In this document: piece after piece, positions 20,000 through 31,690 of the stretch
Numbering within the stretch: the first letter of the stretch is position 1
Layout of the letters: each line of letters starts with the position of its first letter
Assembly: GCA_965219405.1 (NCBI GenBank)
Contig: OZ244736.1
Span: 1,354,064-1,418,063 of the forward strand
From: Dehalococcoidia bacterium
Lineage (GTDB): Bacteria > Chloroflexota > Dehalococcoidia > UBA6926
DNA: 64,000 nucleotides
Direction: 5' to 3'
The notes under the pieces: model-generated
What the model was told of the DNA's origin: nothing
Database searches by the model: none
The model's input: the letters and a program-made list of their open reading frames with translations, nothing else
Made by a program: the position numbers and the translations under genes

Positions 20000-20950
20000 G
20001 TGTATCAGAATTCAGACTTAAGAATCTTCTCCGGGAACGCGCACAGCGCCCTTGCCTCCGACGTGTGCCAATACCTCGATATCGAGCCCGGCGCGGTGGA
20101 GGTCTTCCAGTTCTCCAATGAGAACATCTTCGTGCGGTTCCGTGAGAACATCCGCGGGCGAGACGTCTTCCTGATGCAGCCGTTCTCGACACCAGTGAAC
20201 CACAGCATCATGGAGCTTCTCATCATGATCGACGCGGCCAAGCGCGCCTCTGCGGGCCGGATCACCGCCGTCGTCCCGTACTACGCCTATGGTCGCACTG
20301 ACAAGAAGGATCAGCCGCGCGTGCCTATTACGGGACGGCTGTTGGCGGACCTCATACAGGTGGCCGGCGCAGAGCGTGTCCTCACCGTTGACCTGCACGC
20401 CGGGCAGATCCAGGGGTTTTTCAACATGCCCGTCGATGAACTGACGGCGACCCCGCTGATTGCAGACTATTTCCTCGATACTGATTCCGCAGGCATTGTC
20501 GTTGCTCCGGACGTCGGCAGCACCAAGCGCGCCCGTGACGTTGCAGAACGTTGGGGAGAGCCGCTGGCCATCGTCGAGAAGCGCCGATTCGGCAACAGCG
20601 GCCGCTCCGAGAGTGTCACGGTCATCGGCGATGTGAAGGGTCGCAAGGTCATCCTCGTCGACGATGAAGTCGATACCGGTGGTTCACTTGTCTCGGCAGC
20701 GGAGACCCTGCTTAATCAGGGCGCCACAAGTGTGTCGGCCGCCGTCACCCACCCCGTTCTGTCGGGCGGGCCGGGAGGCCCTCTACAAAACAGTGTGCTG
20801 GATCAGATCGTCGTGTCAGACACCCTCCCCATCCACAACAAGCACACGGACGGCATGAATATCAAGGTGGTGTCCGTTGCGCCTCTTCTGGGTGAGGCCA
20901 TCAAGCGCATCCATTACAACCGCTCAGTCGGAGAGATGTTCGAGGCATAG
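20000..20950 (+). CDS. prs: ribose-phosphate pyrophosphokinase
   Basis: 316 aa, GTG start. IFSGNAHSAL, PRPP-binding loop DLHAGQIQGFF, VDDEVDTGGSL. Confidence 0.85.
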   Translation: MYQNSDLRIFSGNAHSALASDVCQYLDIEPGAVEVFQFSNENIFVRFRENIRGRDVFLMQPFSTPVNHSIMELLIMIDAAKRASAGRITAVVPYYAYGRTDKKDQPRVPITGRLLADLIQVAGAERVLTVDLHAGQIQGFFNMPVDELTATPLIADYFLDTDSAGIVVAPDVGSTKRARDVAERWGEPLAIVEKRRFGNSGRSESVTVIGDVKGRKVILVDDEVDTGGSLVSAAETLLNQGATSVSAAVTHPVLSGGPGGPLQNSVLDQIVVSDTLPIHNKHTDGMNIKVVSVAPLLGEAIKRIHYNRSVGEMFEA

Positions 20951-21016
20951 CGGCGGCGTGGCGCGCGCCGCGGCCTACGTCCCGGCGCCGCGCCGACGGG
21001 CAAGGGGGCGGACAGC

Positions 21017-21925
21017 GTGCTAGCCAGGGGAAAATCCTTCATCACCCTGCGCGGCATGTCTGGTGAGGCTATTTCACTCGCCGTCAGAGAACTTTCGGAA
21101 AGGCCTCTACCGGACGGCACTGCGCCGCCAACACGAGACGGCCGAGCCGTCGCCACCGCCTTCTACGAGGCGAGCACGCGCACACGCTTGGGATTCCAGT
21201 TCGCCTCCCGCGCATTGGGGCTGGATGTCATTCCTCTCGATGTTGACGCCAGCTCGGTCAGCAAGGGCGAAAGCCTGACGGACACCATTCGCGTGCTGGC
21301 CGACTACGGCATCGCGGCGCTGATTCTCCGCCACCCTGACACGGAGTCCATGACCGTGGCGACTGCGGCGAGCGCCTGCCCGGTCATCAACGCCGGCAAC
21401 GGTGCAGGGGAGCATCCCGTTCAGACGCTCATCGACCTGGCAATGATCCACAAGCGTTTTGGCAGGCTGAGCGGACTCAACGTCACAATGACGGGAGACG
21501 CCCTGCACGGGCGCACCATCCACAGCCTCATCATGGCCCTTTCGCTGTTCGGCAACACCATCACTGTCGTCACAGATCCGGGACTGCGCCTATCGTCAGA
21601 CCTCGGCTCATCATCCATCAGAATGAGCGCTCCGAAACTGAAAGAGACCGATTTTCTGAGTCGCGGTATCCTTAAAGGAACCGATGTCTTGTACATGACG
21701 CGGGTACAGGCCGAGCGCGGCTCGGCAAACAGGCCAATAATCATGACGGAACAGGTGCAACAGGATTTGAATCCGGATGCCATCGTGCTGCATCCCATGC
21801 CGCGCACTGTGGAACTGCCGGAGTGGTTTGACGCAGACCCACGTGCTGCATATCTCCACCGCAACCGTGTTGGGTTGGGAGTGATGACGTACGTGTTGGA
21901 AACGGTGATCGGCGGGGGGCGCTAG
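21017..21925 (+). CDS. pyrB: aspartate carbamoyltransferase catalytic subunit-like protein
   Basis: 302 aa. STRTR carbamoyl-phosphate motif and [13 protein letters not shown] (ATCase-like HPxQ) motif. Assignment to ATCase rather than OTCase is moderate. Confidence 0.6.
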   Translation: MLARGKSFITLRGMSGEAISLAVRELSERPLPDGTAPPTRDGRAVATAFYEASTRTRLGFQFASRALGLDVIPLDVDASSVSKGESLTDTIRVLADYGIAALILRHPDTESMTVATAASACPVINAGNGAGEHPVQTLIDLAMIHKRFGRLSGLNVTMTGDALHGRTIHSLIMALSLFGNTITVVTDPGLRLSSDLGSSSIRMSAPKLKETDFLSRGILKGTDVLYMTRVQAERGSANRPIIMTEQVQQDLNPDAIVLHPMPRTVELPEWFDADPRAAYLHRNRVGLGVMTYVLETVIGGGR

Positions 21926-21927
21926 GC

Positions 21928-24612
21928 GTGATCAGCAAGCTCCGCAAGATACTCGGCGACGGCAGCGAACGCGACGTCAAGCGTATGCGTCCCGCCGTGG
22001 ACGAAATCAACGCGCTTGAGGGCCAATTCGCGCGTCTCAGTGACGATGAGCTGCGCGGATTGACCGCCAAATTCCGCGACCGTCTCGATGGCAAGGAAAC
22101 TCTCGATGATCTCCTTCCCGAGGCGTTCGCCGCGGTTCGTGAGGTATCGAAGCGCGCGCTTGGCATGCGGCACTTTGACGTCCAGATGATCGGCGGCATC
22201 ACTTTGCACCAGGGGCGCATTGCCGAGATGCGGACGGGTGAAGGAAAGACGCTCGTTGCAACGCTCCCCGTGTATCTGAATGCGGTGACGGGCAGGGGCG
22301 TGCACGTCATCACCGTCAACGACTATCTCGCCCGGCGTGACGCCTCATGGATGGGCGCGATCTACCACGCCCTTGGTGTGTCCGTCGCCTGCCTCCAACA
22401 CGATGAGTCATTCCTCTATGACCCCGACAACGAGGAGTCGGACGACGTCATGCGTCCCGTTCATCGGCGGGAGGCTTATCAGGCGGACATCACGTACGGC
22501 ACCAACTCCGAGTTCGGCTTTGACTATCTGCGTGACAACCTCGCATTGACGGCAGAGCAGCGCGTCCAGCGCGAGTTGGTCTACGCCATCGTGGACGAGG
22601 TCGACTACATCCTTATCGACGAGGCACGGACGCCGTTGATCATCAGCGGTCCAGGACAGACGCCGACGCAGAGCTATGGCCAGTTCGCCCAGCTTTCACG
22701 CCGCCTCACCGAAGAGGATGACTTTTCCATTGACCCCAAGACGCGCGCGGTGTCCCTCACGGAGGACGGCATCTCAAAGATCGAACGCGCGCTGAACATC
22801 GACAATCTCTATGCGCCGGAGCACTACACCGCGGTGCATTTCATGGAGAACGCGCTCAAGGCGGAGTTCGTCTACCACCGTGACAAGGAGTACGTTGTTG
22901 ACGGAGACAACCAGGTGGTCATTGTTGATGAGTTCACGGGTCGCCTGATGCCGGGCCGCCGCTACTCAGAGGGCCTCCACCAGGCGATTGAGGCGAAGGA
23001 GAACGTGGCCATCCGGCGAGAGTCGATGACACTCGCCACCATCACGCTCCAGAACTATTTCCGTATGTATGAGCGGCTCGCGGGCATGACGGGAACGGCC
23101 TCCACAGAGGCGGAGGAGTTCCTCAAGATCTACAGCCTTGATCCGCTGCCCATCCCCACCAACATGCCCTCCGTCCGCGAGGACCACCCCGACCTCATCT
23201 ATCTGAATGAGGAAGGCAAGTTCAAGGCCATCGTCCGCACGCTGCGGGAGCTGCATGACGAGGGCAGGCCGGTCCTTGTGGGCACTGCGTCCATCGAAAC
23301 ATCGGAACGCCTCAGCGCCCTCCTTCGCAGCGAGGGTCTTGAGCACGAGGTCCTGAACGCCAAGCAGAATGACCGCGAGGCGCAGATCGTCGCGCAGGCA
23401 GGTCGGCGCAGCGCGATAACCGTCTCCACCAACATGGCGGGACGCGGCACGGACATCATCCTCGGCGGCAACCCGGAGGGGCGCGATTCCGAAGAATGGC
23501 AGCGGGAACACGATGAGGTGCTTAACCTGGGCGGCCTGTTCATCTTGGGAACTGAACGGCACGAGGCGCGGCGCATCGACAACCAGCTCCGTGGGCGCGC
23601 AGGGCGGCAGGGCGACCCCGGCGCTTCACAGTTCTACGTCTCTCTAGAGGACGAGATCATCAAGCGATTCGGCGGCGACCGGGTCAAGTCGATCATGTCC
23701 TGGTCCGGCATCAAGGATGATGATGCCGTCGAAAACCGCATGGTTTCTCGCGCCTTCGAAAACGCGCAGGTCCGCGTCGAGGGCAACAACTTTGAGGTGC
23801 GCAAGCACCTCGTTGAATACGACGACGTCATCAACCGCCAACGCTCCATCGTTTATTCGGAGCGCGCGAAAGTTCTGCAGTCAGAGGACTTGCGGGAGAA
23901 CATCCGGCAGATGATTGCCGACGAGTGCGCGGCCATCGTTGACGCGCATCTTGGAGACCGCGACCCCGCGAACTGGGATGTTGAGGGCTTTGCTGTAACC
24001 GCCCGTGCCGCCTTTCCCGCCCCGGACTGGCTCGAGGCAGGGCAGGTACTCGACCTGACGCGTTCAGAGATAACGGACGAGTTGGTTGAATACGCGCTGG
24101 CCGTCTATGAGGAAATCGAAGAAAGGCTTGGCGCGGAACGGTTGCGGGAAGTGGAAAGTCTTGTCCTGTTGCAGACGCTTGATAACCTCTGGGTTCAGCA
24201 CCTGACAGCCATGGAACAGATGCGACTGAGCGCCGGATTGCAAGCATACGGGCAGCGCAATCCGCTGGTGATGTACCGGCAGGAAAGCCACGGTATGTTC
24301 CAGGAGCTGATGGACCGTCTGCGCAACGGCATCGTCCGCACCGTGCTCTATCTCGATGTGACGGCACAGCCGGTACGGCCAACAACCCTCACCGCGCCGA
24401 ATGGCGTCGCGGCAAATGGAGGGGTGGCGGCACGCGGCGCACTGGCGGAAAGCCCGATGGCGTCTCAACAGCGTGACGCGAGCGGGCAAGCGCCGGACGC
24501 GCAAGCGGCCCGCGGCCCGGTTCGCCGCGCAACCCCCAAGATTCGACGCAACGATCCCTGCTTCTGCGGCAGCGGCCTCAAGTACAAGAGATGCCACGGA
24601 GTGGCCGCCTGA
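21928..24612 (+). CDS. secA: preprotein translocase subunit SecA
   Basis: 894 aa, GTG start. DEAD motor motifs, C-terminal zinc-binding [14 protein letters not shown]. Confidence 0.9.
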   Translation: MISKLRKILGDGSERDVKRMRPAVDEINALEGQFARLSDDELRGLTAKFRDRLDGKETLDDLLPEAFAAVREVSKRALGMRHFDVQMIGGITLHQGRIAEMRTGEGKTLVATLPVYLNAVTGRGVHVITVNDYLARRDASWMGAIYHALGVSVACLQHDESFLYDPDNEESDDVMRPVHRREAYQADITYGTNSEFGFDYLRDNLALTAEQRVQRELVYAIVDEVDYILIDEARTPLIISGPGQTPTQSYGQFAQLSRRLTEEDDFSIDPKTRAVSLTEDGISKIERALNIDNLYAPEHYTAVHFMENALKAEFVYHRDKEYVVDGDNQVVIVDEFTGRLMPGRRYSEGLHQAIEAKENVAIRRESMTLATITLQNYFRMYERLAGMTGTASTEAEEFLKIYSLDPLPIPTNMPSVREDHPDLIYLNEEGKFKAIVRTLRELHDEGRPVLVGTASIETSERLSALLRSEGLEHEVLNAKQNDREAQIVAQAGRRSAITVSTNMAGRGTDIILGGNPEGRDSEEWQREHDEVLNLGGLFILGTERHEARRIDNQLRGRAGRQGDPGASQFYVSLEDEIIKRFGGDRVKSIMSWSGIKDDDAVENRMVSRAFENAQVRVEGNNFEVRKHLVEYDDVINRQRSIVYSERAKVLQSEDLRENIRQMIADECAAIVDAHLGDRDPANWDVEGFAVTARAAFPAPDWLEAGQVLDLTRSEITDELVEYALAVYEEIEERLGAERLREVESLVLLQTLDNLWVQHLTAMEQMRLSAGLQAYGQRNPLVMYRQESHGMFQELMDRLRNGIVRTVLYLDVTAQPVRPTTLTAPNGVAANGGVAARGALAESPMASQQRDASGQAPDAQAARGPVRRATPKIRRNDPCFCGSGLKYKRCHGVAA

Positions 24613-24658
24613 TGCGCCGCTTGCCGAGAACACCGACCATTCAGCCGGCTGTGTCGCC

Positions 24659-25414
24659 ATGACTCCGCAGTCGCGAACCTCCGCGCAAACGGTCGTCGAC
24701 GTTGAGCCGCCGCACCTCGACGGGACGCAGGAACATCGACCCGCTCAGGAGATCGTCGACTCGTTCATCGAGGACGTGCGCGGCGGTGAGAACTGGTTCC
24801 TGGCTCTGCTCAATGCCGTCGCCCAATGGGGCGCGCGGAGCGAGGAGCTAAATGGCCGCGCGTACACCTATGTCATAGCGGGGGAGGCATTTGATTGGTT
24901 GCTGCTGGCCGAACGGCTCATGGGGACGGCGGGCGATCTGATACCCGAGAACGAGGCGACGCGGCTGCTTCTTGAAGGCAAGCCGCCCGTCCATATCAAC
25001 GCCGAACTCTTTCGCCGCTCCATCGGGCACGGCAAACACGCCGCCCACCTTAACTTTATGTATGGAGTCGTTGTGGAGGAGGCGCTGCAGCAGGCCATCA
25101 TCGAGGAGGTCGCCAAGGCGCAGCAGAACCTCGGCTCTCGTGAGAACTACATCGAGGACGAGGCCATGACCCGTCTCTACGGCGCGTCGAGCGGCGATCT
25201 CCGCACGGAATTCCGCCTCGCGACTGGGCGAAAAAGGAACGGTCCCGTCCGCTCATCTTTGGACGAGTACAAGACATTCACCTATTGGCTATTCAAGCGC
25301 CGGGTCTCAAAGAGCGACCCGGCTCGACTGGCAAGCGACACGCGCAAGGGCATCATCATCCTTGAGCGCATCAAGCCCGCCCTGTGGCAGTGGTCGCAGG
25401 GCGAAAACGACTAG
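24659..25414 (+). CDS. hypothetical protein (no recognised domain)
   Basis: ORF 24401..25414 trimmed to the first ATG after the secA stop. About 251 aa, coding-like composition. Confidence 0.35.
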   Translation: MTPQSRTSAQTVVDVEPPHLDGTQEHRPAQEIVDSFIEDVRGGENWFLALLNAVAQWGARSEELNGRAYTYVIAGEAFDWLLLAERLMGTAGDLIPENEATRLLLEGKPPVHINAELFRRSIGHGKHAAHLNFMYGVVVEEALQQAIIEEVAKAQQNLGSRENYIEDEAMTRLYGASSGDLRTEFRLATGRKRNGPVRSSLDEYKTFTYWLFKRRVSKSDPARLASDTRKGIIILERIKPALWQWSQGEND

Positions 25415-25495
25415 ACGAAATCGCCGCCTAAGGGGCGGCACTTGTGGGGGACAGGGGCGCTCGGGTGCGCCCGCAGGGAAACGGGGAGACGCAGG

Positions 25496-27592
25496 GTGCC
25501 AAATCGCCTGATCAATGAGACTAGCCCGTATCTGCAGCAGCACGCGCACAACCCCGTGGAATGGTATCCGTGGGGGCAGGATGCGCTGGCGGCGGCGCAA
25601 GAACGCGACGTACCGATCTTCCTCAGCATCGGCTACTCGTCCTGCCACTGGTGCCACGTGATGGAGCGAGAGTCGTTCGAGAATGATAATACGGCCAAGC
25701 TCCTCAACGACAATTTCGTCGCTATCAAGGTGGACCGAGAGGAACGACCCGATATCGACTCCGTGTACATGGATGCCGTGCAGGCCCTGTCCGGCCACGG
25801 CGGCTGGCCGCTTAGCGTTTTCCTGACGCCGGACGGATCGCCGTTCTTCGGCGGCACGTACTACCCGCCGGAGGACCGCCCCGGGATGCCCGGCTTCCCG
25901 CGTGTCCTCACAACCGTGCTGGACGCGTACAAGGCGCGAAAGACAGAGATCAAAGAGGCAGGGCAGAACATCGTCGACCACCTCCGCCGTGCCACCGTCG
26001 CGTCAAGCGGGCAAGATTCGCTGTTGTCCAAGGACCTGTTCACGGAGGCGTTCTCGCGCCTAAGCAGCTCGTTTGACGCGACGAACGGCGGGTTCATGGC
26101 CGCGCCCAAGTTCCCGCAACCCATGCTGCTTGAGTTCCTGATGCGCTATATCTCCGCCAACGATGACGACTCCAACGCCCGCGCCATCCTGGAGACCACG
26201 CTGGAGCACATGGCGACGGGCGGACTGTATGACCAACTCGGCGGCGGGTTCCATCGCTACAGCACGGACGCCCAATGGCTGGTGCCGCACTTTGAGAAGA
26301 TGCTTTACGACAACGCCTTGCTCGTAAGCGTTTATCTCCATGCGTGGCAACTCACCAAGCGCGACGATTTTCGGAACGTGGTCGAAGAGACCATCGATTT
26401 CTTGCTGAGGGAGATGGTGTTCCCGGAGGGCGGGTTCTATTCCACTCTTGACGCGGACAGCGAGGGCGAGGAGGGCAGGTTCTACGTCTGGACACTTGCT
26501 GAGGTCAGCGCCGCACTCGGCGACGAATCCGCCGCTTGGGTCTTCTGTGATGCCTACGGCGTTACTGAGTCCGGCAACTTTGAGGGCAGCGGCTCGACCG
26601 TCCTCAACCGCGTCGCGTCCGACGATGATCTGGCCGCTCACCACAACATGTCCGTTGAGGACGTGCGCGCGTCACTCGCTCGCTCGCGGCAGACTTTGTT
26701 GGAGGTGAGAGAGGGCAGGGTGCGGCCGTTCCGCGACGAGAAGATCCTGACCGGTTGGAACGGGCTTTTGCTAAGAGCGGTTGCCGAGACGGCAGGGGCG
26801 CTCGGCAGGGAAGACTATCGCGCCGCCGCCGAAAGCCAGGCGAAATTCCTCATGGAAACCATGCGGACGCCGGAGGGACGCCTGCTGCGAACGTATAAGG
26901 ACGGCGAGGCACGCATTCCCGCCTATCTTGAAGACCACGCCAACCTCGCCAACGGCTTGCTCTCCCTCTTTGAAATCACCTTTGACCGGCGCTGGCTTGA
27001 TGAAGCCGTGTCACTGGCGGACAACATCATTGAACTCTTCTGGGACGACGCGGCATCCATCTTCTATGACATTGGCAGTGACGCCGAGACACTTGTCGTC
27101 CGTCCGCGCACCGTTTTGGATAACGCCACCCCCTCCGGCGGCGCGGCGGCAACGGAACTCCTATTGCGACTACACGCCCTCACCGGCAACGGCAACTATC
27201 ACGATATTGCCGAGAGGGCGCTCCGCAGCGTCCACCTATACATGTCGCGCTACCCGACGGCGGTCGGCCATTGGCTTGCCGCGCTCGATTTCGCCATCGG
27301 CTCCACCAAGGAGATCGCGCTCATCGGCGACAGGGAAGCAGACGACATGGGCGAACTGCTGGACGCCCTGTACACGCGATTCATGCCGAACAAGATTGTG
27401 GTCGCCGCCACGCCGGATGAGGCGTTCGAATGGGGCGACCTGCCTGTGCTGGACGGCCGTTCCATGATCAACGAAAAGGCGACGGCCTACGTGTGTGAAA
27501 ACTTTATCTGTATGCTGCCCGTCACAACGGTTGAGGGATTCCTTGAGCAACTCGACGCGCCTCCACCGACAGTTCAGTTTCTTGCGCCGTAG
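25496..27592 (+). CDS. thioredoxin domain-containing protein (YyaL/DUF255 family)
   Basis: About 698 aa. N-terminal [33 protein letters not shown] thioredoxin-like DUF255 followed by an alpha/alpha-toroid region. Confidence 0.7.
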   Translation: MPNRLINETSPYLQQHAHNPVEWYPWGQDALAAAQERDVPIFLSIGYSSCHWCHVMERESFENDNTAKLLNDNFVAIKVDREERPDIDSVYMDAVQALSGHGGWPLSVFLTPDGSPFFGGTYYPPEDRPGMPGFPRVLTTVLDAYKARKTEIKEAGQNIVDHLRRATVASSGQDSLLSKDLFTEAFSRLSSSFDATNGGFMAAPKFPQPMLLEFLMRYISANDDDSNARAILETTLEHMATGGLYDQLGGGFHRYSTDAQWLVPHFEKMLYDNALLVSVYLHAWQLTKRDDFRNVVEETIDFLLREMVFPEGGFYSTLDADSEGEEGRFYVWTLAEVSAALGDESAAWVFCDAYGVTESGNFEGSGSTVLNRVASDDDLAAHHNMSVEDVRASLARSRQTLLEVREGRVRPFRDEKILTGWNGLLLRAVAETAGALGREDYRAAAESQAKFLMETMRTPEGRLLRTYKDGEARIPAYLEDHANLANGLLSLFEITFDRRWLDEAVSLADNIIELFWDDAASIFYDIGSDAETLVVRPRTVLDNATPSGGAAATELLLRLHALTGNGNYHDIAERALRSVHLYMSRYPTAVGHWLAALDFAIGSTKEIALIGDREADDMGELLDALYTRFMPNKIVVAATPDEAFEWGDLPVLDGRSMINEKATAYVCENFICMLPVTTVEGFLEQLDAPPPTVQFLAP

Positions 27593-27604
27593 GGCGATGA
27601 CGCT

Positions 27605-28090
27605 GTGGAACGACTGTGGACCCCGTGGAGGGCCGAATTCGTGACCGGCCAAACCGGTGAGCAAGGCACGCCTGCCTGTTTCCTCTGTGAGAACCCCACG
27701 CTCGACAAGGACGATGAGGTCTACATTCTCCACCGCGCTCAACACTCATTCGTGATCCTGAATCTCTACCCCTATAACTCCGGCCACCTGATGATCGCGC
27801 CATACGAGCACATCGGCGCGCTTGAAGAGTTGCCCGCCGAGACCGGGGCAGAGATGTGGGCGCTCGCTCAGCGGAGCGTCGGCATTCTGAAGGAAGAGTA
27901 CGGCCCGGACGGGTTCAACGTCGGCATGAACATCGGGCGTCTGGCGGGCGCGGGCGTGCCGGGACACCTGCATCTGCACGTCGTCCCCCGTTGGGGCGGC
28001 GATACGAATTTCATGGCCGTCGTCGGCGAGACGAAGCTGCTGCCGGAGAGCCTGGAGCAGACGTACGCGCGGCTGAGGCCGCTGTTTTGA
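27605..28090 (+). CDS. HIT (histidine triad) family protein
   Basis: 161 aa. HIT motif HLHLHVVPR, N-terminal LWTPWR..CxFC typical of Ap4A-phosphorylase/GalT-like HIT proteins. Confidence 0.6.
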   Translation: MERLWTPWRAEFVTGQTGEQGTPACFLCENPTLDKDDEVYILHRAQHSFVILNLYPYNSGHLMIAPYEHIGALEELPAETGAEMWALAQRSVGILKEEYGPDGFNVGMNIGRLAGAGVPGHLHLHVVPRWGGDTNFMAVVGETKLLPESLEQTYARLRPLF

Positions 28091-28345
28091 CTAGCGGTGC
28101 TCCGGAACGGGCGGCTCGGGAATCGTCCCGCCCAGGACGCGCTCAATCGCCATCACGTGACTACAGGAACTCCAGCCTTCAAAGAAGTCGCAGTCGCACG
28201 TAAAGACGCCGTCAATGAGTTCGACGACGTGCTCATCGTTATCACCGGCGATGCGGGCCCTAAACGACTCGAACCTGATTCGGTCGTCCCGCTCTTCGGC
28301 GTACTTCCGCGCCTTCTCGATCTTGCTGATCAGGCTGGAATTCAT
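28091..28345 (-). CDS. small SWIM zinc-finger-like protein
   Basis: 84 aa. CDCDFFEGWSSCSH fits the CxCxnCxH SWIM pattern. Weak support. Confidence 0.35.
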   Translation of the reverse strand: MNSSLISKIEKARKYAEERDDRIRFESFRARIAGDNDEHVVELIDGVFTCDCDFFEGWSSCSHVMAIERVLGGTIPEPPVPEHR

Positions 28346-28562
28346 TGCAACCCCCTGTAATGCATGCTCATGGCAGAGACGCTGAGACCCTTACGGTCAT
28401 TGTGCACGCACCGAAAAATCGGCGTTCCCTGCCTCCCCGCGTATCCCTCGGATTGCGTCATGCTACGTTCTGTGTGCCGCGCGGTCAAGGGCTAGACGCA
28501 CCGGTTGAGGGGCGGTATCCACGCCGCCGCGCCGGACCGCCGATGGTACGATGAGAACTGCT

Positions 28563-29291
28563 ATGGCGCGCATTCGGGCAGTCTCTCTGGACTTCTATAA
28601 CACCATCGTCAGGTTCGAGCCGAGACGCGAGCAGATACAGGCCGCCGCGTGCGCTGAATTCGGCATCACATTGGACACCAATGCCGTCCTCCGCGCCTAT
28701 CCCGCCGCCGACCAGTTTCTCTCCGAGGAGAACGGAAAACTTCCGCTGAGCCGCCGCACGCCGGAGGATGTGAGGGAACTGTGGGGACGCTATGAAATGC
28801 TGCTGCTGGCCGGCGCAGGAGTGACGGTGGACCTGGATACGGCGAGCCGCATCTTTGAGCGGGTGTGGGAGACGAGGCAGGGCTTCGCGATGTTCCCGGA
28901 CGTTGTTCCGTCATTGCAGGCGCTCCGGGAGAAGAGGTACTCCATTGGTGTCGTCACCAACTTTGAAGGGGGGCTTGCGCAAACGCTTCTGGATCTTGGC
29001 ATCGCTGAGTTCATATCCTTTGCGGTTACGTCAGAGGAGATTGGTGTTGCCAAGCCGAACGCCCCAATATTTGAAGAGGCGCTGAAGCGGGCAGGGGCTA
29101 GCGCCGATGAGGTTGTTCACGTGGGCGATCAGCTGCTCGCAGACGTGCAGGGCCCAGCCGGGGTTGGCATTCTACCCATCCTTCTCGACAGGGATGGCGT
29201 GTTCGAGAGCTACAAGGATGCCCGGGTGATTAGCTCCCTGGAGGAACTGCCGGATCTCCTCGACCGCATCAACGCTGAATGGACTTCCTGA
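28563..29291 (+). CDS. HAD family hydrolase (subfamily IA)
   Basis: SLDFYNTIV (DxYxT motif I), VVTNF (motif II), HVGDQLLADVQG (motif IV). Confidence 0.65.
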   Translation: MARIRAVSLDFYNTIVRFEPRREQIQAAACAEFGITLDTNAVLRAYPAADQFLSEENGKLPLSRRTPEDVRELWGRYEMLLLAGAGVTVDLDTASRIFERVWETRQGFAMFPDVVPSLQALREKRYSIGVVTNFEGGLAQTLLDLGIAEFISFAVTSEEIGVAKPNAPIFEEALKRAGASADEVVHVGDQLLADVQGPAGVGILPILLDRDGVFESYKDARVISSLEELPDLLDRINAEWTS

Positions 29292-30190
29292 ATATATTCA
29301 TCAGCGTCGTCTTTCCCGTCTTCCTGATGGCGGCGGTCGGCGCGCTTGTTCACCGGTTCAGGCCCATCTCGCCGGAGCCGCTCAGCCAGGCAATCCTCTT
29401 AATCTTCAGCCCGGCCCTCGTGTTCAACGGCCTCGCCACCACGCAGGTGGCCTTGGAGGACCTCGCCCGCATCGCAGCGTTTAGCCTGCTGCTCCTCTCG
29501 TCCCTTTACATCATTGCCAGCCTAGCCGCCCATGCCATGCGCGTGCCCAAGGATGCCCAGACTACCTTTGTGATTGCGGCACTGTTCATGAACGCTGGCA
29601 ACTACGGCCTGCCGGTAGCGCTGTTTGCGTTCGGCGACGAGGGTTTGGCCATCGCCGTGGTCTTCTTCGTGACTCAGGCGATTCTGGCGTGGACCGTCGG
29701 CGCGTTCATCGCCTCCCGTGCCCAATCGAACCTGGTCGGCTCCCTCGTTTCTGTGGCCAAGCTGCCCACGAGCTACGCCGCGGTCGGTGGGCTCGCCGTC
29801 AGCATGTTGGCCATCGAGTTGCCTGACTACATCCAGCGGCCCGCGCAGATTATGGGCGACGCGGCGATTCCGGCCATGCTCATCGTGCTCGGAATTCAGC
29901 TTGCCTCAACGCGTGAGATGGCGGGGGCGAGGGCGATTGCGGGCGTCGTTGCAATCAGGCTGATCCTGTCATCTTTGGTCGCCTACGGGCTCGTTCAGCT
30001 GCTGCAATTCGACGATCTGACCGCAAAGGTGCTCATCGTCGTTGCCGGGATGCCGACGGCCGTGCTGACCATCATCCTGGCGACGCAGTACAAGGGCAGG
30101 CCGGAGCTTGCGAGCGGTATCGTCGTGGCCGGAACGCTGGCCAGTCTCGTCTCGGTGACAGTTGTGCTTTCGCTGGTGGGAGCGGCCTGA
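29279..30190 (+). CDS. AEC (auxin efflux carrier) family transporter
   Basis: 303 aa, about 10 TM segments, typical N-terminal MDFLNIFISVVFPVFLM. Confidence 0.7.
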   Translation: MDFLNIFISVVFPVFLMAAVGALVHRFRPISPEPLSQAILLIFSPALVFNGLATTQVALEDLARIAAFSLLLLSSLYIIASLAAHAMRVPKDAQTTFVIAALFMNAGNYGLPVALFAFGDEGLAIAVVFFVTQAILAWTVGAFIASRAQSNLVGSLVSVAKLPTSYAAVGGLAVSMLAIELPDYIQRPAQIMGDAAIPAMLIVLGIQLASTREMAGARAIAGVVAIRLILSSLVAYGLVQLLQFDDLTAKVLIVVAGMPTAVLTIILATQYKGRPELASGIVVAGTLASLVSVTVVLSLVGAA

Positions 30191-30200
30191 TGACCAAACG

Positions 30201-31064
30201 CTACGCAGACGTGCGGGCGTCCTCTATCTGTGTTCGGAGATTCTCTGCGGCGGCGCGGGCGGAGTCCGCAAAGTCCGGGCCTTTGGACGCGTACAGGATC
30301 CCTCGCGACGAATTGACCAGGACACCGCCGCCGCCGGCATCAAGGGTCGCTGACAGTGCCGCCTCAAGCTCCCCGCCCTGCGTGCCAACGCCTGGAACGA
30401 GGAAGGGCATATCAGGACAAATTTCCCGAATTCTTTTTGCTTCGGAAGGGTACGTCGCGCCCGTCACGAGGCCGATGTTGCCGTTTGTGTCCCAAGAGTT
30501 GCTCATGTGCGCGACGGCCTCATAGAGCGGCATCGTGGCGCTGTCATACGCTGCGTTGAGTTCTTGAATATCTGCGCCGCCGGGGTTGGAGGTGCGGCAC
30601 AGGATGAACACCCCCTTGTCCTCATAATCAAGGAACGGTTGGAGGCTGTCCCGCCCGAGAAACGGATTGACTGTGATGGCGTCGAACCCCATCGTCTCGA
30701 ACAGCCCTTTAGCGTAGAACCGCGCGGAGTTGCCGATGTCATTTCGCTTGGCGTCGCCGAGAACCGGCACGCGTCCGTTGACGTGATCCACGATTTTCTC
30801 AAGCGCAGCGTAACCCGCCGAGCCATGCGCCTCATAGAAGGAGAGATTCGGCTTGTAGGCAGAAACAAGATCAATCGTGGCGTCGATGATCGCGATGCAG
30901 AAGTCGGCAACGTCACGACCGTTCATTTCGGCAGGATCGGGGTCGAGGCCAACACAGAGCAGGGAATTGTTGCGCTCGCTCGCGTCCCGCAGCCGCTGCC
31001 GGAATGTCATCGTAGCCGTTGTCATCACAGCCCCTTCCCCTTTCTCGTAGCCCCTGGGTTCCAT
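30201..31064 (-). CDS. pyrF: orotidine 5'-phosphate decarboxylase, type 2
   Basis: 287 aa. LCVGLDPD motif and length typical of long-form (type 2) OMP decarboxylase. Confidence 0.8.
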   Translation of the reverse strand: MEPRGYEKGEGAVMTTATMTFRQRLRDASERNNSLLCVGLDPDPAEMNGRDVADFCIAIIDATIDLVSAYKPNLSFYEAHGSAGYAALEKIVDHVNGRVPVLGDAKRNDIGNSARFYAKGLFETMGFDAITVNPFLGRDSLQPFLDYEDKGVFILCRTSNPGGADIQELNAAYDSATMPLYEAVAHMSNSWDTNGNIGLVTGATYPSEAKRIREICPDMPFLVPGVGTQGGELEAALSATLDAGGGGVLVNSSRGILYASKGPDFADSARAAAENLRTQIEDARTSA

Positions 31065-31099
31065 CGTACCTCACAGACTGGCACGCCTATAATCTCTAC

Positions 31100-31690
31100 G
31101 TGACCATATCAGTGCTTGGAATCGCGGGCGGGACGCGGCGCGGCGGCAACAGCGAGACGCTGTTGGAGCGGGCGCTTGCGGGGGCGCGAGACGCCGGCGC
31201 GGACACGGAACTCATTAGCCTCCTCGATCTTTCCATCAACCCCTGCATCTGCCCGCAGTCCGAAGACTGCATGCTCACCGGCGTCTGCACGGTGTTGGAC
31301 GACATGCAGGCGCTGTACGCGAAGCTGCGGGCTGTCGACCTGATCTACATCGCTTTCCCCGTAACCTTTCGCGGCGTGCCCGCGCAAACGAAGGCGCTCT
31401 ACGACCGCACACAGCCGCTGTGGGTCCGCAAGTACGTGATGGGGCAGCAACTGCGGGGCAGCGAGGAGACGGGCAGGGCGCTCATCATCGCCACGGCCGA
31501 CCGCGATGATCCCACGGAATTCGATGGTGCGGTGCAGGCCACGCGCTCCTGGCTTGTGAGTATGCACTTCCTTGAGGCGGAGCGCCTACTGGTTGCCGGT
31601 GTGGTGCGTCCCAACGACGTGCAGGGCAAGCCTGATGCTCTGGCGGAGGCATATGAACTCGGCGCGAGGCTTGTTCGTGACAACAAATAG
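31100..31690 (+). CDS. flavodoxin-like NAD(P)H-dependent FMN reductase/iron-sulfur flavoprotein family protein
   Basis: GTG 31100 gives ISVLGIAGGTRRGGNSE (FMN-reductase N-terminal motif). Cys-rich loop CICPQSEDCMLTGVC. Confidence 0.5.
   Translation: MTISVLGIAGGTRRGGNSETLLERALAGARDAGADTELISLLDLSINPCICPQSEDCMLTGVCTVLDDMQALYAKLRAVDLIYIAFPVTFRGVPAQTKALYDRTQPLWVRKYVMGQQLRGSEETGRALIIATADRDDPTEFDGAVQATRSWLVSMHFLEAERLLVAGVVRPNDVQGKPDALAEAYELGARLVRDNK

Noticed and set aside
24401-24658. Upstream extension of the hypothetical ORF overlapping the secA 3' end
   Set aside because: Overlaps the conserved SecA zinc-finger tail in another frame. The first ATG after the secA stop was chosen instead.
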